Notes under the pieces: model-generated | What the model was told of the DNA's origin: nothing | The model's database searches: none | What the model saw: only the letters and a program-made list of their open reading frames with translations | Part shown: positions 59,450-64,000 of the stretch, one piece after another | Position numbering within the stretch: position 1 is the stretch's first letter | Layout: the number at the start of each line of letters is the position of its first letter | Assembly: GCA_964655935.1 (NCBI GenBank) | Contig: CAZZNY010000001.1 | Span: 214,606 to 278,605 of the forward strand | Reading direction: 5' to 3' | DNA from: an uncultured Candidatus Peribacteria bacterium | GTDB lineage: Bacteria; Patescibacteriota; Gracilibacteria; BD1-5; UBA2023 | DNA: 64,000 nt | Translations under genes and position numbers: made by a program

Positions 59450-62400
59450 ATGCCAAAGAAAAAGGAATCCCAGATCTCCCAAGAAGCACCATCTAACAGC
59501 GACATTGGTTCGCTCTATGATATTCAGGGGAGACATTTTTTTACTCACGATAAATCTCCGATTGATATGCCGAGTCTCATCGAGATTCAGTTAGATTCAT
59601 ACCGTGGTTTTCTTGAGACACGACTACAGAAAGCCTTTGAGGAGGTATTCCCTATCTCAGATTTTTCTGGAGAAAAAATTACCATTCATTACAAATGAAT
59701 GAACATTGATGAACCAAAATATACCATCAATGATTGTAAACGAAAAAATCTCAATTTTGAAGCTCCTCTTAAGGTTCGCCTCGAGATGCTCAACAAAGAG
59801 ACTGGTGAAATCAAGGAACAAGACGTCTACATGGGAGGAATCCCACTTATGACGACTCAGGGTACTTTTGTTATCAATGGTATCGAACGAGTTATCGTAA
59901 ATCAGATCATCCGATCTACGGGTATGTACTTCTCTCCAGATAGCAAAAATGCCGGAATGTTCATGATGAAAGTCGTTCCACATAAAGGTAGCTGGTTCGA
60001 GATCGAACTCGAAAAGAAAGGAGTTATAAATGTAAAAATCGATAAAAAACGAAAAGTGCCTATTACGGTTCTTCTTCGAGCTTATGGATATGAAAATGAT
60101 GCGGATATCATCAAGGCTTTCGGAAAAAATAAAGACATCATCGCAAAATATATCGCTCCAACTCTCGAGAAAGACAAGACGAAAACTCGAATCGAAGCAC
60201 TCCACGCCATCTACAAGCTTCTGAGACCAGGAGATCTTGCGACTGATGAGCGAGTAGCTGATCTTTTCACGACTACTTTCTTTGATATCAAGAAATTCGA
60301 TCTCGGAGAAATCGCTCGAATCAAAATTAACAGAAAACTCGGAAGTACTATTCCTTATGAAGAAGAAGGACGATTCCTTCGTGGTGAAGATCTCGTAAAT
60401 GGTCTTCAGTACTTATTAAATCTCAATGAAAAAGAAGATGGATTCGAGGGTGACGATATCGACCACCTCGCAAACAGGCGTGTTCGATCTGTCGGTGAAC
60501 TCGTCTATGAGAAGATCAAGGTTGGTCTTGCTCGAATGGAAAAAATCGCTAAAGACCGAATGACGATCGTAGAACTCGAAGATGCTACTCCAGGTACATT
60601 CATCAATTCTCGACCAATCATCGCTGTACTGAAAGAGTTTTTCTCTTCATCTCAGCTTTCTCAGTTTATGGATCAGACGAACCCGCTCTCTGAACTTGCT
60701 CATAAGCGTATCATCTCAGCTCTCGGGCCCGGAGGTCTTACACGAGAACGAGCCAGCTTCGAAGTTCGTGACGTACATCCTACTCAGTACGGTCGTATCT
60801 GTCCGATCGCGACTCCAGAAGGACCGAATATCGGTCTCGTACTTCAGCTTTCTTCCTATGCTAAGGTAGATAAATACGGATTTCTCTGTACTCCATACCG
60901 AAAAGTATTTACAACTATCGTAAATGATGGAACTTCTCCTGTCGGACGAATAGCAATCCAAGACATTACCGATGCCAAAGGAAAAGTTATCGTAGCAGAA
61001 AAAGAATACATCACAGAAAAACAAGCAACTGAATTAAAAAAGAGTTATGCGGAAAAACATATCGCAGTCCGAGCTTTCGTGCTCGAAGGTGCACAAAGTG
61101 TAGAATACGTAGATGCTGGTGAAGAACGAAAATATACTATTGCTGAAGCAAATACTGCTATGGACGAGCATGGGAACTTTCTCGAGACTCGTATCTCTTC
61201 TCGACGTCACTCAGAACCAGGAATCCAGTACGTACAAGAAATCACTCATATCGATATCTCTCCAAAACAGATCATGTCGATTCTTACCTCCCTTGTTCCA
61301 TTCGTAGAACACGATCCTGCAACACGTGCAGAAATGGCGTCAAATATGATGAAACAAGCAGTTCCTCTCGTACGATCAGAAGCTCCGATCGTCGGTACTG
61401 GTACTGAACGAGTTATCGGTGAAGATTCAGGTTATGTTGTCAAAGCAACTGAAGATGGAAATGTTATCGGAGTCGATGCAAAACACGTTTCTGTACTCTA
61501 CAAGTCAGGTAAAAAAGCGACGTACGAACTCTCTACATTCGAAAGATCTAATCATGATTTCTGGATTCACCAACGACCGCTTGTCTCTACTGGACAAAAA
61601 TTCGATGCTGGAACTATTCTTATCGATGGACAAGGAATCGAAAATGGTGAGCTCGCTCTCGGAAAAAATCTCCTCGTAGCATATATGCCATGGGAAGGTT
61701 TCAACTTCGAGGACTCAATCGTTATCAATTCTCGACTGATCGAAGATGATGTCTATACATCAGTTCATATTAGTGAATATACACTCGACGTTCGTGAGAC
61801 CAAACTCGGTCCCGAGCAAACTACAAACGACATCCCAAATGTCAGCGCTAGTAAACTCAAAGACCTTGATGAAGATGGTATCATCCGAATCGGTGCTCAA
61901 GTTCGTGCTACTGATATCCTCGTCGGTAAAGTTACTCCAAAAGGAGAAGTAGAACTTCTTCCTGAAGAACGACTCCTCCGAGCAATCTTTGGTGAAAAAT
62001 CTAAAGATGTAAAAGATTCATCTCTCACACTTCCAGCTGGTTCTGGAGGAAAAGTAATCGGAATTCATATTCTGAAAGCTGAAAACGGAGATAATCTCCC
62101 AACTGGAGTATTCAAACAAATCAAAGTATATGTTGCTCAGACTCGAAAGATCGAAGTCGGAGACAAGATGGCTGGACGACACGGAAACAAAGGTATCGTC
62201 TCACGAATCGTTCCTGCTCAAGATATGCCATTCACTGCAGACGGACGAAGTGTAGATATCGTCTTGAATCCACTCTGAGTTGTTTCTCGTATGAACATCG
62301 GACAGATTCTCGAGGCTCACCTTGGTGCAGCAGCGAAAAAACTTAACATCCAAGTAGCAACTCCGATCCTCAATGGTCTCACTATTGAACAGATTAACGA

Positions 62401-62989
62401 TCTTATGATCAAAGCAGGTCTTCCAATCGATGGAAAAATGCAATTGTTCGATGGACGAACCGGAGAATCATTCAAGGAAACTACTATGGTCGGTATTACC
62501 TATATGCTCAAACTTCACCATCTCGTAGAGGACAAGATCCATGCGCGATCTGTCGGACCTTACTCAATCATTACTCAACAGCCGCTCGGAGGTAAAGCTC
62601 AAAACTGAGGTCAGCGTCTCGGAGAAATGGAAGTATGGGCTCTCGAATGATACGGTGCTGCAAATATCCTCCAAGAAATGATTACGATCAAATCTGATGA
62701 TATCAATGGACGAACACAAAGTTATGAAGCAATCGTCAAAGGAAAGCGAATCCGACGACCTGGTATTCCAGAATCATTCAATGTACTTCTCCGTGAACTA
62801 CAAGCTCTCAATCTCAATATCAACCTGCTCGATGCAGATGATGTAAAACGAATCCAAGATATTATGCTCGTGAGATATGCAGAACTTGAAAAACTCGAAG
62901 GACAATATGATATAGAAACGGAAGAGCTTCCAGAATGAGGAGTAGATTATTCTTCTCCAGTCGTAACTGATGAGCTTATCGAAGAATAA
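59450..62989 (+). CDS. rpoB: DNA-directed RNA polymerase beta subunit (1,179 aa)
   Basis: Four track ORFs are in frame. TGA 62276-62278 falls in [19 protein letters not shown] 62606-62608 falls in [20 protein letters not shown]. Both positions are conserved Gly in bacterial RpoB. TAA at 62987-62989. Confidence 0.95.
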
Positions 62990-63010
62990 AGTTGTAATAA
63001 AGCTGAATCT

Positions 63011-63042
63011 GTCATCCTGAAAATATAAACACTCAAGATGAC
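63011..63042. repeat. GTCATCCTGA...TCAAGATGAC inverted repeat in the rpoB-rpoC spacer
   Basis: 10-bp arms with 1 mismatch and a 12-nt loop. Confidence 0.7.
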
Positions 63043-63057
63043 ATTCTCAGTATTTGA

Positions 63058-63085
63058 CTTTAAACTTTAAACTTTAAACTTTAAA
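63058..63085. repeat. four tandem CTTTAAA units, 13 nt upstream of the rpoC ATG
   Basis: Four perfect 7-mers. Confidence 0.8.
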
Positions 63086-63097
63086 CTTATTCTTCGC

Positions 63098-64000
63098 ATG
63101 TTTGACAAGAACTTTGAAAAATTTCTCAACGATAAAATCGTTGATTACGGTCAAATTGGAAAATTTGCCGGAAAAAGAGATATCACTGTCGGAAAAACTC
63201 TCGACAATATGGCCGGTATTTCTGTAGGACTCGCTTCGAAAGAACAAGTCCGATCACTCTCATATGGTGAAGTACTCATCTCTGAGACTATTAACTACCG
63301 AACTCAGCGACCAGAACGAGGAGGACTCTTCTGTGAACAAATTTTCGGTCCACGAAAAAATTATGAATGTGCTTGTGGAAAATACAAGCGAATTAAATAT
63401 AAAGGAATTATCTGTGAACGATGTGGTGTAGAAGTTACGACTTCTCAGGTACGACGAGCGCGAGCTGGTCATATCGAGCTTGCTGCTCCGGTCGCACACA
63501 TCTGGTACCTAAAGTCTATTCCTTCTCGAATCGGTCTTCTTCTCGATATTTCTATCAAGAAACTTGAACAGGTTATCTACTTCGCTTCATATCTCATCAC
63601 TGATGTCTATGAAGATAAACGACAAGATGGTCTTCGAGATCTTGAAAATATCTATAAAACAAGCAAAATCGATCTTCAGAAACGAATCCAGAATCAAGTA
63701 AATGATGCTCAATTGAAACTTGAAGCAAAAGAAATTTCAAAAGAGGAATTCAAGACACTCGAAACAACCGTTACTAAACAACTCGATACTCTTGATGTTG
63801 ATTTTAACCGAATCAAGAATCTCTTAAAAACACTCAAAGAAGGAATCGTTATCGGAGAGCTCGATTACCGAATTCTCTATGACAAATTCCCACACATCTT
63901 CCGTGGAGGATCTGGAGCTGAATATGTAAAGATTCTTCTCGAACGAATCGATCTCAAAAAATTCATCGCTGAAAACCAAAAAGAGCTCAAAGTAGCTCCA
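63098..64000 (+). CDS. rpoC: DNA-directed RNA polymerase beta' subunit, 5' part (runs off the right edge)
   Basis: Zn finger [25 protein letters not shown], then [32 protein letters not shown]. The frame is open to position 64000. Confidence 0.95.
   Translation, partial: MFDKNFEKFLNDKIVDYGQIGKFAGKRDITVGKTLDNMAGISVGLASKEQVRSLSYGEVLISETINYRTQRPERGGLFCEQIFGPRKNYECACGKYKRIKYKGIICERCGVEVTTSQVRRARAGHIELAAPVAHIWYLKSIPSRIGLLLDISIKKLEQVIYFASYLITDVYEDKRQDGLRDLENIYKTSKIDLQKRIQNQVNDAQLKLEAKEISKEEFKTLETTVTKQLDTLDVDFNRIKNLLKTLKEGIVIGELDYRILYDKFPHIFRGGSGAEYVKILLERIDLKKFIAENQKELKVAP

Noticed and set aside
59450-62989. rpoB, tex, the helicase, the ABC exporter and others appear as strings of short ORFs. This could be read as pseudogenes or frameshifts.
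   Set aside because: All fragments of each gene are in the same frame and separated only by TGA at positions where homologues have Gly. The cause is recoding, not decay.

Overview
This is a low-GC (about 30 %) bacterial segment that reads sensibly only under genetic code 25 (UGA = Gly). That points to a Gracilibacteria (BD1-5) or Absconditabacteria (SR1) type CPR genome. The supplied six-frame track uses the standard code, so it breaks almost every gene at in-frame TGA. I re-joined frames by hand and checked codon by codon that only TGA, never TAA or TAG, interrupts them. This gives about 48 CDS plus one tmRNA. Housekeeping genes include rpoB and the 5' part of rpoC, tex, engB, yicC, a DEAD-box helicase, an ABC exporter and an AI-2E permease. 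The window is rich in predicted surface proteins: one uninterrupted 2,801-codon secreted giant, a 1,043-aa DUF3494+SLH protein, a three-repeat surface protein, and two type IV pilin-like genes. One pilin-like gene carries a complete fibrinogen-related lectin domain. A six-gene restriction/defence island (two methyltransferases, a GmrSD-like enzyme, an XRE regulator and two nucleases) abuts the 3' end of the tmRNA gene. At least 17 copies of a palindromic repeat family bounded by GTCAT(C/T)C...G(A/G)ATGAC boxes fill intergenic spacers, and two copies sit in frame inside coding regions. Three genes (14.6 kb, 48.3 kb and 49.2-51.3 kb) are compositionally foreign: they are GC-rich, contain no TGA, and are preceded by Shine-Dalgarno motifs that native genes lack. 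No rRNA, tRNA, CRISPR array, transposase or prophage was seen. All homology calls rest on motif recognition by eye; no database search was run.
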